Shown here piece after piece: positions 1 to 12,035 of a stretch of DNA of 64,000 nt (its first letter is position 1; each line of letters starts with the position of its first letter). This stretch comes from Anaeramoeba ignava BMAN (Eukaryota > Protista > Anaeramoebae), in contig JAPDFW010000071.1 in assembly GCA_028826165.1 (NCBI GenBank), positions 186,001 to 250,000 of the forward strand, read 5' to 3'. Under the pieces are notes generated by a model. That model saw nothing but the letters and a program-made list of their open reading frames with translations. It did not search any database and was not told the DNA's origin. Made by a program: the position numbers and the translations under genes.

Positions 1-77
1 TAAAATATTAAAATATTAAAATATTAAAATATTAAAATATAAAAATAATAAAATATTAATTATTAAATTATTATCAG

Positions 78-3000
78 TTCTTCAAAAGTTGAAACAACCA
101 AAACATATGATACTGGAATGAGAAGAGCACAAGCAAATCCCAAACAAGTAATCCTTGAATTAAAACAACAAATTCGTGAATTAGAACAAAAGCTCGCACA
201 ATCACAAAAACAATCACCAAGTCCAACAAGAAAAAGTCCAGATAATTCAAACCAAGAAATACAAAGATTAAAGAATTTACTAAGAGAAAAAGACAAGAAG
301 ATTGCTTCAATGCAAGAGCTTGAAAAGAAAATTGAAAGATTGGAAGAAGACTTGAAAAAAGAAAAGCGTAAATCACCAGTTGTTAAAACAGAAATCAAAA
401 TTGAAAAAGTTGTTGATGAAAGTAAAGTAAGAGAACTTGAAAGGAAAAATAAAAGATTGGAAGATGATTTAAATAGGGAAAAGCGTAAATCACCAGTTGT
501 TAAAACAGAAACCAAAATTGAAAAAGTTGTTGATGAAAGTAAAGTAAGAGAACTTGAAAAGAAAGTGGAACATAAACATAAAAAATCAAAAGAAAGAAAA
601 AAGAAAATTGAAAAATTAGAAGATGATTTGAAAAAAGAAAAAAGCAAAGAACCAGTTGTTAAAACTGAAATTAAAACTGAAACCAAAGTTGAAAAAGTTG
701 TTGATGAAACCAAAATAAGAGAACTTGAAAAGAAAATTGAAAGATTGGAAGAAGATTTGAAAAAAGAAAAAAACAAAGCAACCAGTTGTTAAAACTGAAA
801 TTAAAACAGAAACCAAAATTGAAAAAGTTGTTGATGATTCCAAAATAAGAGAACTTGAAAATAAATTAAAAGATGTTGAAAAAGATAAGGGAGATCTTGA
901 AAAGAAATTAAAAGATGTTGAAGAAGACTTGAAAAAAGAAAAGAACAAAGCACCAATTGTTAAAACAGAAACCAAAGTTGAAAAAGTTGTTGATGAAACC
1001 AAAATAAGAGAACTTGAAAAGAAATTAAAAGATGTTGAAGATGATTTAAAAAAAGAAAAAAATAAAGCACCAGTTGTTAAAACAGAAACCAAAGTTGAAA
1101 AAGTTGTTGATGATTCTAAAATTAAAGAACTTGAAAAGAAAGTGGAACATAAACATAAAAAATCAAAAGAAAGAAAAAAGAAAATTGAGAAATTAGAAGA
1201 TGATTTGAAAAAAGAAAAAAGCAAAGAACCAGTTGTTAAAACTGAAATTAAAACTGAAACCAAAGTTGAAAAAGTTGTTGATGAAACCAAAATAAGAGAA
1301 CTTGAAAAGAAAATTGAAAGATTGGAAGAAGATTTGAAAAAAGAAAAAAACAAAGCACCAGTTGTTAAAACAGAAACCAAAATTGAAAAAGTTGTTGATG
1401 ATTCTAAAATAAGAGAACTTGAAAATAAATTAAAAGATGTTGAAAAAGATAAGGGAGATCTTGAAAAGAAATTAAAAGATGTTGAAGATGATTTAAAAAA
1501 AGAAAAAAACAAAGCACCAGTTGTTAAAACTGAAACCAAAGTTGAAAAAGTTGTTGATGAAACCAAAATAAGAGAACTTGAAAAGAAATTAAAAGATGTT
1601 GAAGATGATTTAAAAAAAGAAAAAAATAAAGCGCCAATTGTTAAAACAGAAACCAAAATTGAAAAAGTTGTTGATGATTCTAAAATTAAAGAACTTGAAA
1701 AGAAAGTGGAACATAAACATAAGAAAATCAAAAGAAAGAAAAAAGAAAATTGAAAAATTAGAAGATGATTTGAAAAAAGAAAAAAGCAAAGAACCAGTTG
1801 TTAAAACTGAAATTAAAACAGAAACCAAAGTTGAAAAAGTTGTTGATGATTCTAAAATAAGAGAACTTGAAAAGAAATTAAAAGATGTTGAAAAAGATAA
1901 GGGAGATCTTGAAAAGAAATTAAAAGATGTTGAAGAAGATTTGAAAAAAGAAAAAAACAAAGCACCAGTTGTTAAAACTGAAATTAAAACAGAAACCAAA
2001 ATTGAAAAAGTTGTTGATGATTCTAAAATAAGAGAACTTGAAAATAAATTAAAAGATGTTGAAAAAGATAAGGGAGATCTTGAAAAGAAATTAAAAGATG
2101 TTGAAGAAGATTTAAAAAAAGAAAAGAGCAAAGCACCAGTTGTTAAAACTGAAACCAAAGTTGAAAAAGTTGTTGATGAAACCAAAATAAGAGAACTTGA
2201 AAAGAAAATTGAAAGATTGGAAGAAGATTTGAAAAAAGAAAAGAGCAAAGAACCAATTGTTAAAACAGAAACTAAAACAGAAACCAAAGTTGAAAAAGTT
2301 GTTGATGATTCCAAAATAAGAGAACTTGAAAATAAATTAAAAGATGTTGAAAAAGATAAGGGAGAGCTTGAAAAGAAATTAAAACAAACCGAAGAAGATT
2401 TAAACACAGAAATAAGCAAAGGACCAGTTGTTAAATACAAAACACGAACAGTTGTTGATGATTCTAAAATTAAAGAACTTGAAAAGAAAGTGGAACATAA
2501 ACATAAGAAATCAAAAGAAAGAAAAAAGAAAATTGAAAAATTAGAAGAAGATTTGAAAAAAGAAAAAGAGAGTGGGAAAATATCAAAAATAACAAATTTG
2601 CCACAACAAACAAAAGAAGATTCGGAAGCAAAAGAATTAAAAACAAAACTTGATCAAGTGAACGATGAAAAACACAGAATAGAAAAGAAATTAAAAATGG
2701 AACTGAAAAAAGTTAAAGAAGAAAAAGAACAAATAGACAAACAATTATTCGAATTGAAACAGAAAAATGAAGAACAATCAAAAAAAATTCAATCTCAATT
2801 ACAAAAAATTATTGCATTAAAAAAGAATGAATCAAACACTGAGCAAAATAAACCAATAAGCCCAACAGAACAAACTCAAATCCAATCACTCCAGAAAAAA
2901 TTAAATGGAAGTTATCGTAAAGTCGAATCATTAACAAACGAAAACGAAACTTTACAGAAGAAAATCAAGGGTTACGAATCAGAAAAGAATGAATGGGAAA

Positions 3001-3769
3001 GAAAAGCAAAACAATTTCAGAAAGAAGTTGAAAATTTAAGAACAGCAAAACCTGTTGTAATATCGAATATAACAAGTGGAGGACCACCACCACCAATGGG
3101 AGGACCACCACCACCAACAGGCGGACCACCACCACCAACAGGAGGACCACCACCACCAACAGGCGGACCACCACCACCAACAGGCGGGCCACCACCACCA
3201 ACAGGAGGACCACCACCACCAATGGGAGGACCACCACCACCAAAAGGTGGACTACCACCACCAACAGGCGGAGGAGCAGGTTCACAAAATACTTTATTAT
3301 AAATTATAAATTATTTAAATTATTAATTATTATAAATTATATAAATAAATTATTTAAATTATTAATTATTATAAATAAATTATTTAAATTATTAATTATT
3401 ATAAAATATTTATTTAAATTATTTAAATTATAAATTATTTAAATTATTTAAATTATTATAAATTATTATAAAATATTTAAATTATTAATTATTTAAATTA
3501 TTAATTATAAATAAATATTTAAATTATAAATAGGTCCAATGTCTTCAGCCCTTCTTTCATCAATTACTTCATTTAGTAAGAATAAACTCAAGAAAACAGT
3601 AACAAAAGATACAAGTAGTCCAATAACAAAAAAAGATAATGACTCAAATCCATCTCCAACACCAACAACAGGTGGAGGTGGCGGTGGAATGAACTTCGCT
3701 CAATTAGCTCTTTCCCAAAGAGGACGTTTAAGAAAAGTTGTTTCCCAAATAGTAAAAAAGAAAAAATAA
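78..3769 (+). CDS. 5'-partial actin-regulatory protein: repetitive K/E coiled coil, (GGPPPPT)n polyproline tract and two WH2-like motifs (WASP/WIP/verprolin-like architecture)
   Basis: Acceptor CAG at 75-77. ORFs 118-792, 929-1753 and 1638-3302 carry the same repeat and join via single extra A bases at ~781 and ~1722. Intron 3280-3533 (GTTCAC...TAG) joins in frame to GPMSSALLSSITSFSKNKLKKT (WH2). A second WH2-like motif follows: FAQLALSQRGRLRKV. Confidence 0.75.
313..2570 (+). repeat. Coding tandem repeat built from modules (PVVKTETKVEKVVDETKIRELEKK / LKDVEKDKGDLEKK / VEHKHKKSKERKKKIEKLEDDL)
   Basis: Near-identical nucleotide blocks recur in shuffled order through the three ORFs. Confidence 0.95.
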
Positions 3770-4035
3770 TTTCGTAACTCAAAAAATTTTTTTGCCTTCC
3801 TTTTAATTCTTCTTTCTAAGGAAAAAAATTTTTTTTTTTTGGATTTTTTTTTTGATTAGGAAATTTTTTTTTTTTCAGTTTTCAATTTTCAATTTTCAAT
3901 TTGATTTTCTTTTTACGCAATTCATGAGAATAAATTCTCAATAACATTTCAATTAAAAAAATTTTAATTTTTTAATTTTTTAATTTTCATTTTTTTTCAA
4001 TTTTTTTTTCATTTTTTTTATTCTTTTTGCTTTAA

Positions 4036-6651
4036 ATGGATTCTATCACATGTCCAATCTGTTTTGAGACATTTTCAGTCAATAAACGCCCAGTAATAAT
4101 ATGTGAAGAAGAACATACAATCTGCGAAGACTGTCTCAAAGATCATGAAAATTGTCCATTTTGTCGACGTTCATTCAATAACTTTAATTTTATGCTTAAC
4201 GGATTATTGATGTCACTTTCAGAAGATAAACAGAGCCCTTCAATCAAGACGATGCCCGTGATTCCTTTTTCTGAATTAGATATACAGCCACAACCATTTG
4301 AGTCCGGAACTATTTCCTACATTTACGCGGCCAAATGGAGAAATAATTATTTTGCACTTAAAAATTTCAGTATTTCAAGCGATTCAAAAGTCGCGCTCTT
4401 TAAAAACGAGCTCAACATGATCTACGGACTCGATCATCCCAATATCATCAAAGTCTATGGGATGATAGAATATGAAAATGTGATGGGAGCTCTTATGGAA
4501 TTGGCCCAAGACGGGAATTTAAATACAAAAATTCAAAACTTGACTTTCCAAGAATCAATTAACTATTCGATTGGAATCACAAAAGGATTGATGTTTTTGC
4601 ATCAGAACTCGATTATTCATCGCCATTTAAAACCAGAAAATATATTGATATTTGAAAACGAGCCAAAAATTTCTGATTTTGGATTTTCTAAGTTATATCA
4701 AGAAGAATTCAATAAGAATTCATTCCCCGTTTTGGATGTTTATTTGGCTCCAGAAATTTTCCAACAGAAATCTTTTAATACTTCTTGTGATATTTATAGT
4801 TTGTCGATGATTTTGTATGAAATTTTTAGCAAAGAAAAACCCTTCCAAAATGAGTATTCTTTGAATCTTGAAATGGTTGTTACTAATCAAAAAAGACCCA
4901 CTTTGTCTCATCAATTTCCAAGGGAATTGGGTCAGTTGATTCAGAAAGGTTGGAATAATGATCCAAAAGATCGATGTTCTTTGAATGATTTTTTAAGTTG
5001 TTTAGAAGAAATGAAGAATTCGATAAGCCAAAGTGAATTTCAAATTAAAATTTAAAAATAAAATTAAAAATATTTAAAATTTCTTTATAAAAATAAAAAT
5101 AAGCATTCGCACTTCCAAGAAAACCAATGATGGGATTTGATTTACCACCGAAACCAAACCAATTCGGAAGTCCTCAAAATCAAGGATTAACATTACCAGC
5201 AAAACCAAATAAAGAATTTCAGTTACCAGCGAAACCCAACGAATCATTCAAAACAAAATCTCAATCAAGTGATTCACTATTTCTTCCACCAAAACCAAAC
5301 CAAGGATTAACACTTCCCGAAAGACCAAACACAGCATTCCAACTTCCAACAAAACCGATAAATTCAATGAACTTACCAAAAAAACCATTTGAAGAAATAA
5401 ATCTCCCACAAAAACCAATTGAAAATCTTTCACTTCCTCCAAAACCAACTGATGGATTAAATCTTCCTCGAAAACCTAATTATCCTACTCAATTTTATCG
5501 CAAACAACATCACACACTTCATCTCCCAAGAAAACCAATTGAAAACCTGAATCTTCCTCAGAAATCCAACGACACATTTAATCTCCCACCAAAACCAACC
5601 GATTCTTTTTCATTTTCGCCCCAAAAAAATGAGCGATTCAGTTTACCTCCAAAACCAAATGAAAAACAATATTCAAACAAAATAAGTGATCCGTTTCAAT
5701 TTTCATCCAAAACAAGCGATTCTTTCCAAGCTTCACCCAAAACAAGCGATTCCTTTCACGTTTCACCAAGATCAAGCGATCAATTCCAATTATCGCCCAA
5801 ATCAAGTGCGCTATTTAATCTCCCTCAAAAACCAAATCAACAATTGAATCTTCCACCAAAACCAAGCAAATCACCAACTTTCCCTCAAAAACCAAATCAA
5901 CAATTGAATCTTCCACCAAAACCAAGCAAATCACCAACTTTCCCTCAAAATCTAAATAAGAACTTAGATCTTCCTCCAAAACCAAGCAAATCACCATCTT
6001 TCCCTCAAAATCTAAACAAGAATTTAGATCTTCCACAAAAACCAAATCAAACATTGAATCTCCCTCCAAAACCAACTGGTCAATTAGATCTTCCACAAAA
6101 ACCAAATCAAACATTGAATCTTCCTCCAAAACCAACTGATCAATTAGATCTCCCACAAAAACCAAATCAAACATTGAATCTCCCTCCAAAACCAACTGAT
6201 CAATTAGATCTCCCACAAAAACCAACTGCAAATTTCAATCTTCCTCCAAAACCAACTGATTCTATTAATCTCCCTCCAAAACCAACTGATTCTATTAATC
6301 TCCCTCCAAAACCAACTGATTCTTTTAGTTCTTTTAAATTTCTTCCAAAACCTAGTGATTCTTTTAATCCTTTTAAACTTCCTCCAAAACCAACTGATTC
6401 TATTAATCTTCCTCCAAAACCAACTGATTCTATTAATCTCCCTCCAAAACCAACTGATTCTTTTAGTTCTCTTAAACTTCCTCCAAAACCATCTGAATTA
6501 ACAAGTAAAAAATTTTTCAAACAAATAAAAAAATATTTTTTTTTTGTTCCACTTTTTTTTAATTTGAATTTTTATTTATTAAAAAACAATTTTAGAGAAA
6601 ATCGTCACAGAAACAGCTTCAGGTTTCTTGTTAAGGAAAATACGTTTATAA
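4036..6651 (+). CDS. RING finger - TKL-like pseudokinase - LPxKP proline-rich repeat protein (exons 4036-5032, 5104-6504, 6596-6651)
   Basis: C3HC4 RING (CPIC...CEEEHTICEDC...CPFC). Kinase fold with FALK, HRHLKPEN, DFG and APE. Phase-1 intron 5033-5103 (GTGAAT...AAG) joins in frame to TFALPRKPMMGF and the 5127 ORF. Intron 6505-6595 gives the C-terminus TKKIVTETASGFLLRKIRL*. Confidence 0.8.
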
Positions 6652-6783
6652 AACAAATCAAAATTTTTAATCTTTTTTTCTTTTTTTTTCTTTTCTTTTC
6701 TTTACTCAAAAATCTCCCAAAAACAAAACATCTTTTATTTTTATTTTTATTTTTACTTTTATTTTTATTTTTATTTTTAATTT

Positions 6784-9700
6784 CTATTTCATCTTTTTTA
6801 AAATTAAATCAATTATTGAATTTTGATTTAATTGATAATAATCTTTAACATCTTCGAATTCTCCTTTCATTTCTTCTCTAATTTCTTTTGGAATTCCTTT
6901 TGAAAATTCTTTTGAAAATTTATCATGATAAAGAAAATAAATTAATTGAGTTATCGTTTCAAATGATTTCTTTGAATAATCATGAACTTGATTTGATGAA
7001 TCGTTCACATTTAATTGAAACATTCCTTTGAATAATTCACTCCTTATCATTAAAATCAATTTATGAACTTTGATTTCTTTTTCTTCACAAATTATTGTAA
7101 AATCTTTTGTTGATTCTTGTTCATATAGTTTTGATAAATCTTTTATTATTCCTTTTCTTCCTCTTTTTGGTTCGATACCAATTTCTTTGCAAAATTCTTC
7201 CATTTTCACTTCTTTTTCAGTTAAAATGGAAATTTCTTCTTTGGAATTTTTTGGATCATTTGGATTTATCAATAGAAATTGCTCACTAAAACGATCAAAA
7301 TCAGGAAATCCAGTGTAAAGAAAATTCAAAACAATCTCAACATCTTCTTTTGGTTTTTGTTTGCAAAAGTTGATAAATTGTTGAAAAAGGAGATTGTTTT
7401 GATCAAATCTTGCCAAAAGAATCAATTTATGAACATTAAATTTGCAAAAATCTTTGGATTCAATTTGGAAATCAGGAAAATTTTCTTTTGATTTAAAGAA
7501 ATTATTCAAATCTTGGTTAAAAGAATAGATTTGAGATAAAATTGGTCTTAATTTATTTGCGAATTTGGAATAATATTGCAAATCTAAAAGAATTTCATCA
7601 TTCATTAAGAAAAAATTGGAAATCTCTTCATTTTGTTGTTTAATTGAAAGTGAAAGAGGAGTTTTTTTTTGAGAATCTTGGGTATTTGTAAAAGCGCCTT
7701 TTGAGATGAGAAATTTAATCATTCCAAGTGTATTTTGATTTTGATTTTGATTTTGATTTTGATTTTGATTTTCATTTTCATTTTCATTTTGATTTTTCTT
7801 TTTTTCACAAAGAAAATGTAAAGCTGTTGATAATTTTTTTGTTTGCAAATTAACATAAGCCCCTTTTTCAACAAGAATCTTAATAATTTCAAATGCATCT
7901 GCATTACTATTTTGGCATGCGCAATGTAAAGGTGTTGGTGACTGATTTACTTGTGAATTAACATCAGCTCCTTTTTCAACAAGATATTTGACAATTTGAA
8001 AAGAATTCGGATCGTTGTATTTGTTTTTACAAAAATAATGTAAAATGGTTTGATTGTCGGATGATTTGGTGTTGATATCGAAACCCTTTTCAATAACGTA
8101 ACTTATAATATCAAATGAATTTGGATTTGGATGTTTGTTCCTACAGATATAAAAAATGAAACTTTCGTTATTAGTGTCTCGGGCATTGATATCTGCTCCT
8201 GATGTAACAAGAAACTTGATGATTTCCAATGAATCAGAGTTCTTATTTAAAGAGACAAAATGCAAAACCGTTTGATTGTATGTTGTTTTTGCATTAATAT
8301 CGCCTCTTTTTGAAACAAGAAATTTGATAATTTCAAGTGCATTTGGATTATGGATTACGCTCGCAAAATGCAAAGCTGTTTGGTTTTGCACTTTTGTTTT
8401 CTCGTTGATTTTAGCCTTTTTAGAAATGAGATATTTGATGATTTCAAATGAATTTGGATTGATATTGATAGTTGCATAATGCAAAGGAGTTTTTTCTTCT
8501 ATTTTTGTTTTTGCATTGATTTTGGCTCCTTTTGAAATTAAGTACTTAGTAATCTCAATAGAATTTGGGTTATGACTCTCACAAATCAAGTGTAAAGGAG
8601 TTTCTTCTTTATCTTTTGTTTTCGCATTTACTTTGGCCTTTTTGGAAATGAGATATTTGGTGATTTCAAGTGAATTTGGATGATTGTTTTGGCAAATAAT
8701 ATGCAAAGGAGTTTCTTCTTTATCTTTTGTTTTTGCATTTACTTTTGCTTTTTTAGAAATGAGATATTTGATGATTTCAAGTGAATTTGGATTTTTATTC
8801 TGGCAAATAATATGCAAAGGAGTTTCTTCTTTATCTTTTGTTTTTGCATTAATTTGCGCTTTTTTGGAAATGAGATATTTGATAGTTTCAATTATGTTTG
8901 GATTTTCATTTTGACAAGCAAAATGTAAAGGAGTTGAATGATCAATATTTGGAGAATTGATATCCGCACCAGATTCACAAAGAAACTGGACTTTTTGCAG
9001 CGGATCTTCGTTTTCCTTGAGACAAGCAATATGCAAAACTGTGTTGTTTCTCTTATTTTTGGTATTGATATCAACTCCTTTCGAAATTAAAAATCTCATA
9101 ATTTGAATTCCATTTTGGATTTGAAAATGGCAAACAGAATGGAAAGGATAGAATCCCTTTTTATGCAGCAAATTAAAATCAGCTCCCAATTCAACCAGAG
9201 TCTCAATGATTTTGGGGAATTCTCACTTTCAGTTTGACAAATAATTTGCAAAGGTGTTGAGCCAGTATCAAGTTTTGCATCGAGATCAGCTCCTTTCGAA
9301 ACTAAATACTTGATGATATCAGCTGAATATTCAGTTTGGAATTGACAAAGATAATGCAAAGGAGTTGCCAATTGCCCCTTTGTTTTAGTATTTACATCAG
9401 CTCCATTTTCCACAAAAATTTGGATGATTTCAAGAGATTTTTCATTTTGAGTTTCGCAAAGAATATGCAAAAGAGCAGCATCTTTTTCGTATGTTTTTCC
9501 ATTAACATCAGCACCTTTTTCAACCAAAAACTTGATGATTTCAACGGAGTAATTCTTTTGGCACACATAATTCAAGATATTCGATCCATTATTAGTTTTG
9601 GCAAGAATATCCGCTCCGTTTTCAATAAGATATTTAAGAATATCAAGTGTGAATCCACTTTCCTTTTCGTTTTCACAAGCGGCAATCAAAGGAGATAAAC

Positions 9701-9935
9701 CGCTAGTATCTCTTGCATTGATATTTGCTCCTTTCGAAATGAGAAACTTGATGATCCCCATCGAATATTGATTCTGGTAATTACAGGCAAAATGTAATGC
9801 TGTTACTAAATATCCTTTTGTTTGCGCGTTTATATCAGCTCCTGATTCAAGAAGAGCTTTCATAATTTCGATTGAATTTTCACTTGGTTCTTTTGCAATT
9901 CTAATCAAACTTAAACTTAATTCGGATTGATCCAT
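6784..9935 (-). CDS. Ankyrin-repeat protein with two C-terminal BTB/POZ domains (putative CUL3 substrate adaptor)
   Basis: More than 20 ankyrin repeats (TPLHxxC...GADIN). BTB motifs PDFQIES...NVHKLILLAR and KDFTIICEEKEIKVHKLILMIRSELFKGMF. ORFs 9096-9995 and 6784-9189 join via a 1-nt shift near 9212. ATG at 9935. Confidence 0.85.
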
Positions 9936-10045
9936 TTTTTTTTTTTTATAAAATAAATAATAAAAATATTCTAAAAGAAAAAAAATGAAAAGCAAAAATT
10001 TTTTTCATTTTTTTTCTCTTTTCCTTTCTCTCAAATTAATTTAAT

Positions 10046-11804
10046 ATGGAATCAATTGTTTGTCCAATTTGTTTTGAAACATTTTCAAACGAAAAAAAAC
10101 CAATAATAATATGTGAACAAGGACATACAATTTGTCAAATTTGCTTAAAAGAAATGGATAGTTGTCCATTTTGTAGAAGTTCTTTTGAAAACTCTAAATT
10201 AATTATCAACAGACCTTTGTTATCAATAATCGAAGAGATGCAGAAGATATCTATTAAGACTATCCCAGTGATTCCGTTAGAGGAATTGGAAATTGAGTCT
10301 CAACCTTTCCAAATTAGTGATTTATCTTATATTTACAAAGCCAAATGGAGAAACTCTTTTTTTGCTCTTAAAAAATTACGAACTTTCGATATTGAAAAAA
10401 AAGACAAATTCAAAAACGAACTTAATTTGATTTTTGGACTAAATCATCCAAACTTGGTCCAAGTTCATGGAATATTTGAATTTGAAAATTCAATTGGGAT
10501 TTTAATGGATTTGTCAGAAGAAGGAAATTTAAAAGATAAAATTGCAAATTTGTCCTTTGAGGATTCTGTTAATTTTTCAATAGGGATTGTTCAAGGATTG
10601 GCCTTTTTGCATCGAAATGCAATCATTCATAGGTTTTTAAAGCCAGAAAATATCTTGATTCTTAAAAATCAACCCAGAATAACTGATTTTGGACTTTCCA
10701 AATTGTATCAACAAGAATCTGATAAAAAATCTCTTACTTTTTCAAATGTTTATATCGCTCCAGAAATTTTACAACACAAATACTCGTTTGATACTTCTTG
10801 TGATATTTATAGTTTGTCATTCATTTTATACCAAATTTTTAGTAAAGAAAAACTTGATGCTGAAAAATTTATAAGTGAGCAAAAAAAGCCAATAATCTCA
10901 AACAATTTTCCACGTGATTTGGCTCAATTAATTCAGAAAGGTTGGAGTAATGATCCAAAAAATCGGTGTTCTTTAAATGATTTTTTGAAATGTTTAGAAG
11001 AAATGAGATCTTTATTAAATCAAAGTAAATTTAATATTTTATTACAAAAGAAAACTTAAAAAATGATTTCAAAAAAAAAAATTATTAAATAGAAAACATT
11101 GAAGATGAAAAAAAATCTAAATCCCAAACTGGAGGTATAAATTTTTCTTAACAAACAAAAAAAAAAAAGAAATTAACAAATCAAAAATTAATCAAATTAT
11201 CAAGAATTTTTTGGAAGTATAATAGAATTTGAAAGAGATGAAAAAAAACCTGAATCACTTAGACGAAAAGAAGTAAGAATCATAATTTAAATTTAATTTA
11301 AATTTAAATTTAATTTATTTATTTAAATGAATAAAGAAAAAACATTCCAAAAAATCCAAGAAAATTTTTGGATTTGCAAAATTAGATTTTCAATCACCGA
11401 ATCAAACACATTTAACATTTTCAATTGGAGAAAAGATTGAAATTCTAAAGATTCTCCAAGATGGATGGGGAGAAGGGTTATTAGATGGGAAAGTAGGATT
11501 GATTCCATTAAATTTTCTTGAAATTATAGAAGAAGAAATTGATCAAAAAAATTGGAAACCAAGATCAGGACCAAAACCTGTTCAAGTAAAAATTCCACCA
11601 AAAATTTTTCCAGCTAAAGTTCTTTATAGACCTCCTAAATTAAAAATGAGAGCGATTCTTGATTTTAAAGGTGAAAATGGAGAATTAAGTTTTGAAGTTG
11701 GTGATATTGTTGAAGTTATTGAAAAAGATGATAGTGGTTGGTGGAAGGGTATGCTTAATGGAGTAACTGGAGTATTTCCAAATAGTTTTTTTGAGAAAAT
11801 TTAA
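10046..11804 (+). CDS. RING finger - TKL-like pseudokinase - SH3 - SH3 protein (exons 10046-11024, 11093-11134, 11205-11272, 11337-11804)
   Basis: Paralog of the 4036 gene (RING; HRFLKPEN, DFG, APE). Three GT-AG introns (11025-11092, 11135-11204, 11273-11336) keep the frame. They expose SH3-1 (FAKLDFQSPNQTHLTFSIGEKIEILKILQDGWGEGLLDGKVGLIPLNFL) and SH3-2 (RAILDFKGENGELSFEVGDIV...GWWKG...GVFPNSF). Confidence 0.8.
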
Positions 11805-12035
11805 TAATTTTATTTTTTTTTAACTTTTGATGAATAAATCAAAATTTTCTTCAAAATCAATTTGTTTTGATTTGAATTCTTATTCTTATTCTTTTATTAT
11901 TTGAAATCTTGATTTTGTTTTTAATTTTTAAGTAAAAAAAAAATGAGTTAAACTGATTCAATTAGAAAGAATCAGAAAAAAGTGAAAAAGAAAGATTTTT
12001 AAGAGAGATTTTTAAGAAAGATTTTTAGGAAAGAT

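Noticed and set aside
63-2440. Long minus-strand F/S/L-rich ORFs (63-776, 616-1731, 1610-2440)
   Set aside because: They are antisense shadows of the K/E-rich coding repeat.
3076-3309. His/Gln-rich ORF (EDHHHQQ)n as a metal-binding peptide
   Set aside because: It is an alternative frame of the GGPPPPT polyproline tract.
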